Counted from the whole stretch's first letter, positions 1 through 14,391 are shown. The stretch is 63,797 nt of DNA, filler included, from Conidiobolus incongruus B7586 (GCA_000697335.1; 10 parts of 10 records of this genome joined end to end with filler, not necessarily neighbours in it); one strand, 5' to 3'. Numbers and translations: made by a program. Notes: generated by a model from the letters alone, not told the origin.

Positions 1-2164
1 ATTATAAAATTAATTTTTTAAAATTATTTTATTTAATTGTTTTATTTTTAATAATAGAATATAACAATCATATATAATTAAATTAATTATAAAATCAGAT
101 ATTAATGTTATTATTATTATAAATTAAATTTAATTTGAATTATATGTTATATTTTTTATAATATTAGTTAATAAATATATATTTCTTGAATATATAGAAA
201 ATGTAATAATATCTAACTAATATCTTTTATAAATATAATTATTTATTTAATATAAAAAATATTATTTTAAGATAATCAGATTTTGTGAATTTTTTTTTGT
301 AAAATATCATATATTATTACCAATCAAAATATTCAAATTAATACAATCAATATGAATGGTATATATAATTATCGATATTTTATGAAATATTTTTTCACAA
401 TCCTAGAAAGCTATTAACTTATTTTTTTTTGATATTTGACAATTTCGAAGGCATTATTTTTGTCCATGGTTAGAAAATAATACTGATACTTATCAATATT
501 TTAATAAATAAATCTCACATTTATATTGATCGAAAGTTTTAGTAATGGATATTTAAAAATTTTTAAAAGTATTATATATATTAATTCATTTATTTAAGTG
601 TTATTCTTTAATTTATAAGGTATAAATATATGATATTTACTTTATTATCCAGAAAGTATTAGAATGAAAATTACCACTCATTGTGTTATGGTTTATTTAA
701 GTTAGACTATTTGAAAATTTTAGAATTAATATTGTAGAGTAGCAAAATTAATATAATATTGGAAAATATATCTATCTAAAACATAACTGAGGTATAGTTA
801 CCTTCATTACATTTAACGAGATTTATTTTATATATTAATAAATATTTTACATAGTTAAACCTAATTATCAAGTTATATAATAAATAATATGAAATATATT
901 TAGTAATCATTTAACTATTTAATCATTTATCATTAAATTGATTTAAATTGATTTAACTTGATTTTTAAAAATTAAAATCTATATCTAAAAGATCATTATA
1001 TTAATTCAAGTATTGTGAGTGAATTAATATATATATTCTATGATGAATAATATTTGAAAAAAAAATTAATAAAAGAAATTATAGTCTTTTCTGCTATTAA
1101 ATATTAATTTTTCTTTAAAAATTATCTTATTCACAAGACTATAATTTAGATTAATATATAATAAACCTTTAAAAGTATTTATTTTTGGAACATAATGATT
1201 AAAATTAAAATGTTGAAATTTTTATTCTATAAAAAAATAAAACCTAGTAATTACAATATATATATATTAAGAAGGACTTTAATATAATTAATTTCTTTGA
1301 TCAATTATAGTAAAAATAATAAATTTGATATTGATACTATACTATATTAACACTATTAAATATATACGCTAACTTTAGTTTAAATACTATGAAAAGTTAC
1401 AGAATATACTATATAAATCAAAGCATTCAAAATATTTTAAAGATTAAACTATTATTTAATAAATATTTGTTATTAGGGTTTTATGATTATATTTCAATAT
1501 GATAGATTGAATTGATCAGTGTAGATATTTAAAATGATTTGATAATACTATTTCTAATTACTTAACATATTGAGTCTGATTATAATACTCGATCAATTAA
1601 TAGATAATATCTGATTTTAATATTATGGCATTTTCGCTACCTCAACCCAATATCATTAAAATACAATTAGATATTCGATTTATTATTTCTAATTCAACAT
1701 TAATTTGAATATCAATTTTAAAAACTATTAAATATATGCATTAAAATAATATCAAACAATTTCTGGTTTAAGTAACAGATTGTAATTAATATTCGAAGAA
1801 TAATGATTTATAATGATTTCGTTCATTAACTGTATATTTTTATTAAATATTTTTTCTAATTTATATTAATAACTGATCAATTCATAAAATTAAATTAATT
1901 CATTTGTTATTATATTATATAAAATGTATAGCAAAATAAAATTTGTAAGTATTTAGTATGAAAAATAGGTGTATTATTATAGGAGCTAATAGCAATAGAA
2001 TGTTTTGAGAATGGCAAATAATGTAGAGAAATATATGAATTAATAATTGAGATATTAAAAAAAGAACTAAACACATTTCTTGATAATTACCTACAAACGA
2101 AATGAAATGATATATTTTATTTCGTATTCTAGAGTTAAAGAGTATGGATTATGATGAACTACAC

Positions 2165-3078
2165 TTAAGCAGAGTCGGCCCAGGTTTGACCAGCAGAGGC
2201 GGATTGGTCCCATTCACCATCGGCCCAGGAGGAACCTTGGGCTTCAGCGTTGGCAGTAGCAACGTTGGCGAGAGCGGGGTTGAAACCACCAGTGGCGGCA
2301 TCACCGGAAGCTTCCCAGTTGGCATCGGCTTCGGGAGCGGTCCAGTTTTCGGCACCTTCTTGAGCACCTTCGGCGGCAACTTCGGCTTCCTTTTCTTGTT
2401 CTTCGGGATCTCTGTAGAAGAAAAGATCGACCATGACGTCCCAAGGGTCTTCGCGGGAGATGGTACCACGGAGACGGAGGATTTCACGGGCCAATAACCA
2501 GTAGATCAAACCGATGGAGTGCTTACCCTTGTTGTTACAGGGGATGGCAACATCGACGTACTTGAGGTTGGCATCAACATCAGCCAAGGCAATGACGGGG
2601 ACGTTGACGTAGGAAGATTCGATGATGGGTTGGAAATCGGTCAAGGGATCAGTAACGATGATCAAACGGGGTTCGCGGAAAGAGCGAGTGATGTAATTGG
2701 TGAAAGTACCGGGGGTGAAACGACCAGCAATAGCTTGGCAACCGGTGAAGTGGGCGAATTTGTGAGCAGCTCTTTGACCGTATTGACGGGCAGAAATGAC
2801 AACAACATCTTCGGGGTTTTCAATGCCGGCGATGATACGGGCAGCTAAGACAAGCTTTTCCCAAGTCTTACCGAGGTTGATGATGTTAACACCATCGTCA
2901 CGGCGCTTGTAGACGTAGGGGGACATAGCGGTTTGGGCGTTCTTAGCACCAATGTGAGATTGGGCAGCTAAGAGAAGCTTAATATCTTCTTGAGTGGCTA
3001 CAATTCAGAATTAGTAAATCATTCATACGTAATGATCAAAATCACTTTACCGTTCAAAACAGCGGGCAAATTAGACAT
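2165..3078 (-). CDS. RPS0: 40S ribosomal protein uS2 (S0/SA); exons 3078-3051 and 2997-2165
   Basis: Spliced translation [29 protein letters not shown]...[21 protein letters not shown]...[20 protein letters not shown] is the uS2 signature. 53-nt GT..AG intron 3050-2998 restores the frame. Strong C/T-ending codon bias. Confidence 0.98.
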
Positions 3079-3109
3079 TCTGACGAAAGAGATTATGGGA
3101 CGACAGCAA

Positions 3110-3320
3110 CTAAACACAAGACAAGGATCATTAGTTCATCATTACGTTAAATATTGATAATTAAATTGGTTTTTCGGATATTTTTTGTTGATCATATTTT
3201 TTTAACTATCTAGTATAACTTTTCTATCACATATATTCTTTCATTATGGATTTTTAATGGATGATCACTTATTATATTTTATTTTTTGTATATATTTTTG
3301 ATTTCTCTACTCGTACTTAC
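3110..3320 (-). other. Probable 5'-UTR intron of RPS0
   Basis: GTAAGT donor at 3320, ACTAAT branch-like site and TTTAG acceptor at ~3110. An alternative CAG acceptor lies just before the ATG. Confidence 0.65.
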
Positions 3321-4320
3321 AAGTGAGTCTAAGTATAGTCCTAGCACTATGGCAAGAAAGGGAAGATCCTAATGTTTGATCCAATAATCCCATATCCAAC
3401 TTTTTTTTCCAATTTTCAATTTCCCTCCTAAATTTTTCATTTATTAATTCATTATATCTGATTGGATTATCTATTGAAAAAATATTTGATATTTCTATAT
3501 ATGGGTATTCCGCTATTTAATCTCGGATTTTATTCTAAATATAATTTTTAAAAAAATCAAAGATAATAATATTTCAAAGGTCTCAACAAAATGATTATTG
3601 ATATAAGCTCATTTTTCAAATTTTCTATTAAATTTTTTATATCAGTTATGTTTTATTCACATTAAATTCACAAAAATGTTAATGATACTAAACTCAAAAG
3701 TAGATATAGTAATTTTTGGTATTATTATAATATTTGAAGTGATAAGCTAAATTTAATAATATCTAAAAAATATATAATTGATGGTAACTTTATTGTCATA
3801 ATGTTCAATTAATATTATTGGTATTTTTGACAATGTGTTTTGCAAATCTACAACCAATTTATTTAACCACTTCTGTATTAAAACTAAGTTCTAGTATTAA
3901 TTTCAATCATTTTGCATATACTTTAAAAATATTTATTGAGCTAAAAACTAATTAACTAATATCCAATTAAATAAAATCAAATTTTATTTTATTTTTGATA
4001 TTATATTTAAAATTGAAAAAATAAATATCTTTAACCAAACAGTGAGAGTTAAAAAATTATTCAAATTAATAATAAATAAAAAAATCAAACCAAAACAAAT
4101 TGAACTTAATAAAGTTATCTTCAAAATTAAATTTTATTATGAAAAAAATTACATATTGAGCAAAAAATGTCACACTACAATATTAACGAATTAGTCTAAT
4201 TTTAATTCATTAATTTTTGAATATCGAGGATTAGAGATTTGATCACTGGTAATTGAGACCATTGATTTAAATTTTCCGAATTGTTTTTTTCAAATGTCGT
4301 ACATTGATTATAAATGAATT

Positions 4321-7300
4321 CTAAAAAGTGATCAACATGACTGACAATTGACGAATCCTAAATTCATAGTTAGAGTTGTGTATAGTTTGATAAATATTGG
4401 TAATTACCTTGGAATCAATATGACGAATAGCTTCTTGAAGGATTTGAAGTCGAACGGGTGTTTGCTGATTGAGATCCTTGGCCATCATTTTTGCAAGGCT
4501 CAATAGATCGCGCTGAGAGAACTGACATGTTGAAAATACTGATGAGATATTTTGACCACCCATGTGATTTAAAATTGATGGGATATCCTTAACGTTTACA
4601 GCCTTGAAAGTGATTATATTAACGATTGAAATTTAAACTAAGTTTTATATGAACTTACGTGCATGATCTCAGATTTTAGTTCAGGGCTAATAGCCGTGTT
4701 TTGATGACAAGGGGGTGTAGTAGGTTGGGTGATGGGTGGTGAAGGTTGCTTTACACTGGCTGAGGGAAAAGGCAAATGGGATTGTTTAGGACCTGGATAA
4801 GCATTTGGGGGAGGTGCAGGATTGTTATTCATTTTCAAAAACCTCGTAATTGCATTATCCTCTTGCTATAAAAAGGGTGAGTAAAAATAAAATTATAATT
4901 GGATTTGAATATTACGTTGGGAATAGATTGAGGAATATTTTGAGGAGCATTCGGAGGAGGGCCTTGAGGAATATTCTGAGAAGCAGAGTAGTGAGGTGGA
5001 ATAGCATGTGGATGTGGGGGAGGAGGAGGGTGAGGGTAGGGGAATGAGTGAGGGCGATGCTCAAGAGGAGGAGGAATCACTGGGGGTCCAGCATAGAATG
5101 GCGGTATTGTCTGAAGCTGTTCAAGATCTAAAATAGCTAGTTAATATCAAATCAATTAAAATTTACAAGCATATCACTTTTCTTTAAACCACTTTCGAAA
5201 GCAGATTGCATTTGTGTGAACATAGTCTGAGTAGCTTTCTGATAAGCAGGAATCAAAAGAGAAGTAAAAGAATTTTGAAAAGCGTCTTGAATACCAGCAA
5301 TGACGTTATTAGTAATTGTGCTAGTAATACTTTCAACTAAAGCATCGGATTGGAGAGCAAGATGTACATGGTGTTGAATCATAGAATCGAGATATTTTTG
5401 GAAATCAGGTCCAGTAAAATATTGATCCATCAAATTGGGTATCTGCTGTTCTAAACTAAGCTGTATAGATTCTGAAACTCCTCTTTGGATGGAAGCAGGG
5501 ACAACATTTGAGAGAGTGTAATTAATATTCTGGTTGATACTGTCAATGGACTTGGTAAGATTCTTAGACAATTGGTCAAGTTTTTGAGTGTCAATAGTAG
5601 CACTACTAGCAGCTTTAGATTTTTCATTGCGTTCGGGTTGAGCAATTTTGGGTTGGGGCTCTTTTGGCTGTGCTTTTGGCTTCTCAATAACTGGCTCAAC
5701 AGGCTTAAAGTCGCCCATGGAAAGCAGAGACAAGGATGGTTGAACACTATTGACTTTAGGTTCCACATTTTTCTTAGACTTTTGAGATTTCGTCTTTGTT
5801 TGATCTTTAGCTGTAGGCTGAGCAGCTTGGGAGGATTTCTCAGATTGGACAGAGGCCTGTTGCTTGGACTTGAGGTTATTGTTAGGAGCAGACGAAATGC
5901 CATTTCTTGGTTGAAGATCAGTATTAGAAAAGCCAGGACGAAACTGCTCTTCTGGGATAGTGTACATTTGAATAGTTTTTCCATGCATGACATATAAGAC
6001 GACAGACTTGGATAGTTCAGAAGCATTAGAATTAGTATCAGATGATATATCCATACTCAAAATGTGATCAGGACATGAGTATTCGATATAATTATCAAAT
6101 CTCGTTAATAATAGGTTATTGGGAACCCAATTTAAGCGGAATAAAATAATTGAAGATCTAGAATTGCATCCGACAAAGAGAGTTTCAGAGATAGGATCAT
6201 ACTTGAGAATGTTAACCGATTTACTCGTAATAGGTTTTGAAATCTTAAATTGTATCGTATGCAAACTCTTTTGGCTGGTCAAGTCCCAAAGCTGAATATT
6301 GAGATTATGATTAAACCCAAGAATAATAAATGAAGCAGGTATCAAGGTAGTCTTGTTTGTAGTAATTTTAGGTTGAACAGGCTGAATGTAGTTGATGGGT
6401 AAATGCATATTGGTTTGGATTTTCATCAATGGATGAGGGGAATTGGACCAATTCCATACACCAACAACACCAGATTGAGTACCAGCAAATATACAAGAGC
6501 CATCAGGGGAGAAACATATAGAAGTAAGATCATCATCCAAGCCAGATAAAACTGTGGTAGCATGAGCCAACTGAGAGGGATGGAATGTGGAATTAGCTAC
6601 TCCAACTGGAATTGTGTCGGTATTAAAAACGAGAATTTTTTTGTTAGAGCAACTTACAGCAATGATGCTAGGATTAGTAGGATGGAAAATGGCGCGTGAA
6701 AATTCGATATCGTCAGCAGTGCCATTGATTTTGCATACTATTGTGTATTCTAAGCCTCTGTCAGATGAGGGAGTGTGCTTAATATCCCAAATAATAAAGT
6801 GATTGGATTGAGACAAAGTGACAAGGCGATGCTTTTGACCATTGTCAAAATCTGTTTGGGTGTAGGATTTTCTTAACTTAATATCGACGAGTGGCGATTT
6901 TTCATCTCTGACCAGAGCACGATATCCGTCTTTCTCGTGAATCAATCTAACTTTACCAGATTTCATTGTGTAGCTAATAAGTCCACAATGGGAAGAGATT
7001 AATTGTCCAGAATTTAGGTCTGTTTCGCTGGTGACATGAGAAATTGTGAAATATTCAAGATATTCCATGGCCTTTGGCATTGATTCAAGGCCATCTTGAT
7101 CGTTCAATTCGAGATTTCCTTGACTTGGACCAACTACATTAGTTTTTGGTAGACTAAACAATATTTTTTGGAAATTAGTATTTTAAAAAAATTGTTGTAT
7201 AATATTGTAACATACCTTGCATCATTGTTATTTTCTAATATATCGAATAAATTGGAATTATCGAATGGTGAGACACCAATATCATTTGTCTTTGACTCAA

Positions 7301-8194
7301 TATCTAATCCAGAATTTAAACCTGCATTATTGAATGGAGGAATGGACGTTGCCTTGTCAGGCTGACTGGAGGTGGAAGCTTGAGCGAAGAAGGATTTGGG
7401 TGAAATAGTCTTGGAGTTCTTCTCTGATTGTGGAGTTGATGGTAATGGTATATTATGAGGGCTTAACGACGTCATTTCTGACGTTGACATAGAGTGGTCA
7501 GAGTCGCACTGTTTTTTCTCTGGTCCGAATCCTTTGACGAATGCAGCCAGAGGGTTATCTTGTGTTCCATTCACTGTGGGAGCAGTGGTAGGTTGATAAT
7601 AATGACTTAAATCATTTTCGCTAAAATGAATGAAATTCAATAATGTCACCAATCTGTGTAGAGTAATAGCTACCTTTTAGGGGCTTGACCAAGAATCAAA
7701 CTCTTCAAAGCTTTACTCGATTCCTCCAAAAGTTGTGCAGGCGATTTAACTGGATTACTTAAATCTCCATTCTGTCCACCTTGATGTAACTTTGGACTAT
7801 CATTAGCGGAAGCAACATTGCAAGAGTCGGAAGGGAAGGAAGATTTCATAACATTTTGAGTTAACAAATTGAGTAAATTTTGTGACGCATCTTTATCGGT
7901 ATTAAAGCTTTGAGGAGTTTCAGCTAATGAAGGCTGTGTCGGTAAACTGCTAGGATTCGTTTTGTTAGCATTTGAACCAACGAAATTGGCCATAGAAAAT
8001 AAAGACAGCAAGTTATTTGTTTGAGCAGGCAAAGTTTTTGAAGGGTTAGTATTAGAACCATTAGTATTATTATTAACTTCGCTATTTTTCCTGAATTGAT
8101 TCAAAAAACTTTGAATAGGTTCCTCTTGTGGAGGGTGAGATAATTTATCATCACTGATTAATTCAGGAGATATCGACTGGTTGTTAACGGACAT
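4321..8194 (-). CDS. EDC4: Enhancer of mRNA decapping 4 (EDC4/Ge-1/Pdc1-like) P-body scaffold; exons ~8194-7674, 7620-7216, 7153-5178, 5127-4916, 4865-4659, 4602-4321
   Basis: Six ORF-track pieces join in frame across GT-AG introns. WD40 region, coiled segment AFQNSFTSLLIPAYQKATQTMFTQMQSAFESG and C-terminal helical domain FSQRDLLSLAKMMAKDL match the EDC4/Ge-1 architecture. Confidence 0.85.
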
Positions 8195-10122
8195 ATTTTT
8201 TAAAATGAAGTACTTGAAATTAAATTAATATAGAGTACTGTTATAATACACTGTTATTTAATTTAATGCTTGCTATGAGTTATAGTTTATAATTTGACTG
8301 ACGAAATCCAATTAATTATTCTGTTGAATTCAGCTATACTTATATGGGATCATCTGAATTGTCAACATTTTTGATTAGTCTAATTTGATTAATTTGATCT
8401 CAAGGTTAATTAATAACAAAAATAACTTTTTCCATTTATTGAATGCTAAAAACTGTACAATTTTAATAACAAAGTAATTTAATAATATTATTTTGATCAT
8501 TTATTATAAGATTTATTATTTATTTTAACTTGAAAAAGTGAATATATGCTGTTAACCCGAGATAAATCCATCAAAATTAAAATATAATAATTTACAAATC
8601 TAATAAATGTTTAAATAAGTTAATATTCAATTGAGAAAAGTCGGTTGACGAACATCAAATATAAACATATTTACTTATATTTCTTATCCGATAAAATTTA
8701 ATCTAATATATAAATTATTAGAGTAAATGAGGAAAGTAATATATTGTATATATTTAACTTTCTCAAATTTTTCTTTCAATACAATATTAAAAAATATAGA
8801 AAACACAAACTTGTCAACTATTTTAATTTAACTATTATTTAAATAAGATTATTTATATTATTCAAATAAATAACCTTTTAATCAGAATACATATTATATT
8901 TAATTTCATTCCTTTATAAAAATTAATGAAACATTTTATTATTTGATTCAAATATTATATGTTTTATCTTTCAAATAACTATCCATATACCAATTAAATT
9001 TTAATTAAATATTTCAAATTATAAACAATTAATCTCATTTATTTGGAAATAATTTTCTTTTGTCCTTATATTATAGTTTTGTTATTATTTAATTATGTAA
9101 ATAACACTAATAATTTTACGCAAATATACATTGTATTATATTATATAATACATAAATGTTATTTAAATTCAAAGAATGTATATAATCTATTTGGATTTTG
9201 GATTTTACTTAAAAGCTTTGGGGTTAATTAATTGTGAATAAAATAACAATACTATCATAATTTCCATATATAATTGCAAATGTTCATAATATATAATTTA
9301 TGACAATTAATTTAATGAATTAAAATATTTCATTAATAAATATTACAATATTATTACTTATCTTTGACGAAATAAATTGAAAATATTTTAACCTGGTATT
9401 CAATTAAAATTAATAATATTAATATATTTATAACATTGAATTGAAATATAATACTTTAAAATAATTGCTTCATTATAATAAGAATTTAATAAAGCAAACT
9501 TATATATATTGGAATTCTATAATTTATTGAATATAACTTAAAATTACTCAATTAGGGTGGTTGTTATTTAACAATCCAATATTTGAGTAATTGTAAAACT
9601 AGATAAGATTTTATCAGCATAAAATTTCGACCATTTAGATAGTTTGAAATATTTTATAAATAACTGGCATATTCGTCATCGACATATATAATTTGAACCA
9701 GATCATATATTATTTAATCTAAAAATAATATTATGACACTTAAGAATTTTTAAAATTTAAGAATAATATGTTAAGCAATGAATTTAAAAATTTTAATAAA
9801 ATTTTCTTAAATATTCAAATGAAAGATATATAATGTAAATCAAATAATAATTGTAATAAAAATAATAAAATATATGTAATAAATGTAGTATTATATATTG
9901 CGCTATAGCATATAAAAACTATTGTCATTCTTATTTAAGATCTAAAAATAAAATTTCATCCTCTTAATATACCTTAAATTAATATTAAAATTAATTAAAC
10001 TAATTAACAATAAAATTTTTTTGTCAAATCAAAAAATTGATTAAATTAATCCAATTTAATCAATTTTATCAATATCACTTTTGTTTTTTAATTTAATTTT
10101 AAAAAGACATTCAAACTGAAAA

Positions 10123-11786
10123 ATGTCTATACCCTATCAATATTCAACAATACCTAATCCAATACCAAATAATGACACATCAACAGAAGATTATGATTCC
10201 GTTATTCTGACTGGTTTAAAAAATCCCAAAGATCGTTTATTCTTGTTAAAATTAGATAAAGATTTAGAAGCATTTATCCACGACAAAGAGTAATTATTAA
10301 TGATATTCCCATTAGTATATAACATATTAACCTAGTTTACAGTAATTCCAAATTAGAATTAAAAAATTTAAACTCTTACTATAGGTTATTCGTACATAGA
10401 TTAGCTCACCATTATAAATTAAGTCATCCGGTTAATCCAGAGAACCAAGCTATTGTACTTTATAAAAATATTGAGAGTTGCATGTAATTTTAACTCATTA
10501 TTCATCAAATAATTTTTTTTGATTAATAGAATTTTAGACCGAAGGTTAGACTCAATGATATTAAAGGACCCGAGATAGTTGAGGAGGATGTGAAGGTGCC
10601 TCAAGGGCTTATGATCATGAAGAGGAAATCGGATAATGCAAGTCAGCCTAAACAGCCTGTAATTGCGAAGAGGGATATGAAGAAGGATGAACGTAAACCT
10701 ATTATGAGCTTGGAGGAGAAGGAAGCTGCTTATCAACTGGCAAGAGCTCGTATCTTTCAGCAAGAAGCTGGCAGTATAGATATCAAATCTGCAGGAGTTT
10801 CCGACAGTGATTTGAAGGAAATGAGTACGTCTGAAAGTGATAGTGCAAACATTGATTATTTTAATAATGGGGAGGATACTCAAGTTAAAATGAATGATCA
10901 AAATCAAAGTAAAGAGAATAATGATAAGGATGTTGAAGTGCCAAGCCGCCAAACGATAACTACGCTACCCAATTATAATTACTTAGCAAATTATCAGGGT
11001 GATTCAAATACTTACAGAAGAGAAGGATATAACCGTAATTATAGTCCATATTTAAGTAATCCAACGAATCCTATAAATGTTGCACCTTATCAGCAGTTTC
11101 AAATTAATTTTCAACCTGGTTACAATGCGCCACCTTTACCTTCTTACTATCATGAAGGCTCTTCTGGAAACCATTCCAACACCCAAGATGATACATACTC
11201 AATGAACAATCCCAATATCTACGGTGGCAACAACTACGGTATGAATTACAATGCCCCAAAATCATTTACATCATATATAGGCACAGATCTATCATTTCGT
11301 CCACCTCCCAGAAACAGAGAATTATTTGATCCCTCCAAACCCTCCAAACCCAGTCAGAGGAATAGTGACCAGAACGATGTAAATAAGCTAACTCAATCAT
11401 TCAATCAGATTAGATTAGGAGTTGGATCCTCTTCAATTTCGCCCCAATCGAGATCTCCACGGCTAATCCACACACTCCAGATTCTACCCAAAAATCCCGA
11501 CGAGCCTCTGCGAAATGTGTTCATTCGAGGTGCTACAATCCGTCGATTGGCTCACAATGATCGTCACGTCCTACTAGCATTATTCGATAGTGATGAAGCT
11601 GCAGAACGTGCAATTCGCAACGAAGCTATGAATCCAGCGAGTAAAATTATGCTCATACGGTGGGAAAGTGGTGGTATCACACCCAAATCCCAAACTAGTT
11701 CCGGAGGCCCGCCATCACCGCAATTAGCGAGTCGCGTACCAACCGATATGACGCCAGCCACCAATCACTCGGTGCAAGCCATATAG
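10123..11786 (+). CDS. R3H + SUZ domain RNA-binding protein (R3HDM/ARPP21/Encore/Rbs1-like); exons 10123-10289, 10343-10483, 10538-11786
   Basis: Exon 1 LKNPKDRLFLLKLDKDLEAFI, exon 2 NSYYRLFVHRLAHHY (R3H motif), exon 3 SLEEKEAAYQLARARIF (SUZ). Introns are GT-AG and keep the frame. Confidence 0.9.
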
Positions 11787-11932
11787 CACCCAATTAACCA
11801 TTTAGATTCAACAACATATACCCAATCATCATATAAATTATTTCAATCCCATCTAAATATTATAAATAAATTAACAAATTATTTAATAAATTATATCAAA
11901 ATTTTAACTAGTGAACTATTTAGCAACATTTA

Positions 11933-12806
11933 TTACAAAATATTTTCCACATTTTGATGATAGCAATAAAAGAATATTATAGCAATCACTGAATTGATTA
12001 AGAACATTCTGTTGAATCAAAACTGAAAATAAACGAATTTTAGGTGATCTGGTACTTCACTGAGAATTTTTCTAAATTGTCAGTATTATTATTAGAGTAT
12101 TGGATGGTATGATGGTAACTCCCTGTGTTCCGAAGGTAAACTTACGTGGATTAGGACTACGAGACTTTAGAAATAAATGGAGATAGTTTGACTTAGAAAC
12201 AGATGGATGAATTCATGAATTAATTTGATTTTGTAACTTTTACTCAACTAGATTATGAAAATTAGCAGTTAATGAATTAAATATATTAAAAACTTACCAT
12301 AACAAAATTAACCAGCAATTCTCTCATACTTACAAACACCAATATACCAATAAATCAAAAAGATAATTGCTGACTACAAACCTCGACATCTAAATCGGTA
12401 TTCCACCAAGATAGCAAAATACTCAAACTTCTCGAGATGGGGTCGAATTGCTGGGATTTAGAAGAGAACTTAAACAAAATATTGGCAATGGCCATCAGGA
12501 TGCGGTAGATACAATAGATGGTGAAGAAGCAGCCCAAAAAGTTCATGATTTGGCTTTGCAGGGTTTTGTTGTATTTGATGTGATCCTAATTATTGGTTAA
12601 TAGTTTGGATTTTATCATATATTGGATTAGTTTACCTCGCGGAATTGAACACTTCTCAAATCAGTATGAGTTTCTTCTCTTAAATTGTCTAAGGCTGCGA
12701 GTCCTTGGTGAAAGTTGGAGTCTAAATGTATTGGATAAGTTAAAAATAGTTGGATAATTGATTAAGGATTACTTCGATTGGTTAAATTGGTAACTGACAA
12801 TCTCAT
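11933..12806 (-). pseudogene. GPR89: GPR89/Golgi pH regulator (GPHR, ABA-GPCR-like) C-terminal half, disrupted
   Basis: IKYNKTLQSQIMNFLGCFFTIYCIYRILMA...DPISRSL...SQQLSF*FIGILVFVSMRELL / LFLSQTISIYF*SLVVLIHVSLP / FQF*FNRMFLIN aligns to the GPR89 C-terminus. In-frame stops at 12357, 12169 and 12019, frameshifts, and no recognisable N-terminal half. Confidence 0.8.
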
Positions 12807-14226
12807 AGAATTAAAAAAAATATTTGAATTGTAAAATTCGAATAATTGGTATAATTAACAGTATAATAATTAGACTAATTATTATATTGATTTGGAATAA
12901 TAATTAAGCAAATAGTGACTAAACCCTGATTAATATTAACATGTTAACTTAATATTGAAATACCACTTCGTTTCGATATTGTAAAATATTCCTAACATAA
13001 CAATTTCAAATACCAACAAACCGAAATTAAGACATATTATGAATAATTACTGAATATGGGATATGATGGGTTTTCTTAAGATGTTGGTTTGAGATGTATT
13101 AACGTAAACGAATGTGCTGTCGATATATTTTACGATTATTTTGATACCTATTAGAATTATTAGGAATTAAATAGTTATTAATATGGTTAGATTTAGTGTA
13201 GTCCGTTCCATCATTATATTTTTGGGACTGAGAATTAGAATGAATATGGAAATTTATAAAAATTGAGTTTTTTTTAAGTTTTATGGGATGATTGTTCAAT
13301 GAAATTCTAGCATATGTAATAATATATTTTATATATTAGAATTAAGAATTAAATATATATATTTATTATATGAATAAAAAAATATATAGATTCGATTAAA
13401 TTCTGATAACTATTTATTTTTTGGATCATTATATTTACATAATATAATGATTTATTTTCTCGATTAATACAAAATTCTATTATAATTCAAATTTAATTTC
13501 AATTTTTTCAAGTGTTAAATAAGTCAATTCAAAGAAAGTAAAAAATTTTGTTAAATAATTCGATATTATTAAAATCAAACTATAAGAATCATTGTTATTA
13601 AATATTTAATCTAATTTTTATAAATAACATATTATTGAAAGTTTAATCAAATATTAAGTTTTAAAATTTGAAAATTTTTACTTTTAATAAAGTAATTATT
13701 AATTATATATATTATAAAAGATAATTAAGTAATATCGATAGCTTAAGAAGCTTTCTAACTAAGGTTTTAACCAATAAAAATTGCATTCGTTTTATTATTA
13801 CAATTGTAATATACAATAATCATAATATAGAGTTTGATTAATGAAATTGTTACAAAAAATTAGAGGTTAAAATAAATATTCAAATTTAATTAATAAAAAA
13901 TATAATGAAAGATTTATGAATAATGAACGTTATTTATTTTATTATATATTATTATTAAAATAACATTTTTTTAGTATTTTACTAATATTATTAATAATCA
14001 TCAGAATAAAGTCAAAATTATAACTTTGAAATAGGTTTTGTTGATATGAATGGAAGAAAATCACGTGATTAGATCCAGTTGTGAAATGGGCCAATTAGAG
14101 TGAAGAATCCATTCAATTTTATAAATAATATTGTGATTAAAATTGAAATTATATAAAATTTTATACTATATGCTCGCGTCCTTCTCTTTGCTTGGGTCCT
14201 TATACCGGAATCACCCTATATAATTT

Positions 14227-14388
14227 GTAAGTGGAAGCATCCATTAAAATATCAAAAATTAACAGAATAAAGATAAAAGATAAAAACAAAAAATATATGT
14301 GCTAATTAATAGAATAAAATAATATAAATAGAGACTATATAATAAAATAATTGAAATTGATCATTCACTAATCTAATGTAAATTATAG
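14227..14388 (+). other. Probable 5'-UTR intron of RPL13
   Basis: GTAAGT at 14227, CTAAT branch sites, TAG acceptor at 14388, 3 nt before the ATG. Confidence 0.7.
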
Positions 14389-14391
14389 AAA

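Noticed and set aside
2144..2848. Plus-strand ORFs (117 and 109 aa) and alternate-frame ORF over RPS0
   Set aside because: Shadows of strong codon bias in a highly expressed gene; no independent features.
2998..3320. Intronic C/D snoRNAs in r-protein introns
   Set aside because: No properly spaced C (RTGATGA) and D (CTGA) box pair with a terminal stem was found.
12017..12357. TGA at two Trp-aligned positions in GPR89, suggesting UGA=Trp recoding, selenocysteine or A-to-I stop editing
   Set aside because: The same relic has a TAA, frameshifts and a missing 5' half, and the intact genes use TGG for Trp with no in-frame TGA. Simple pseudogenisation suffices.
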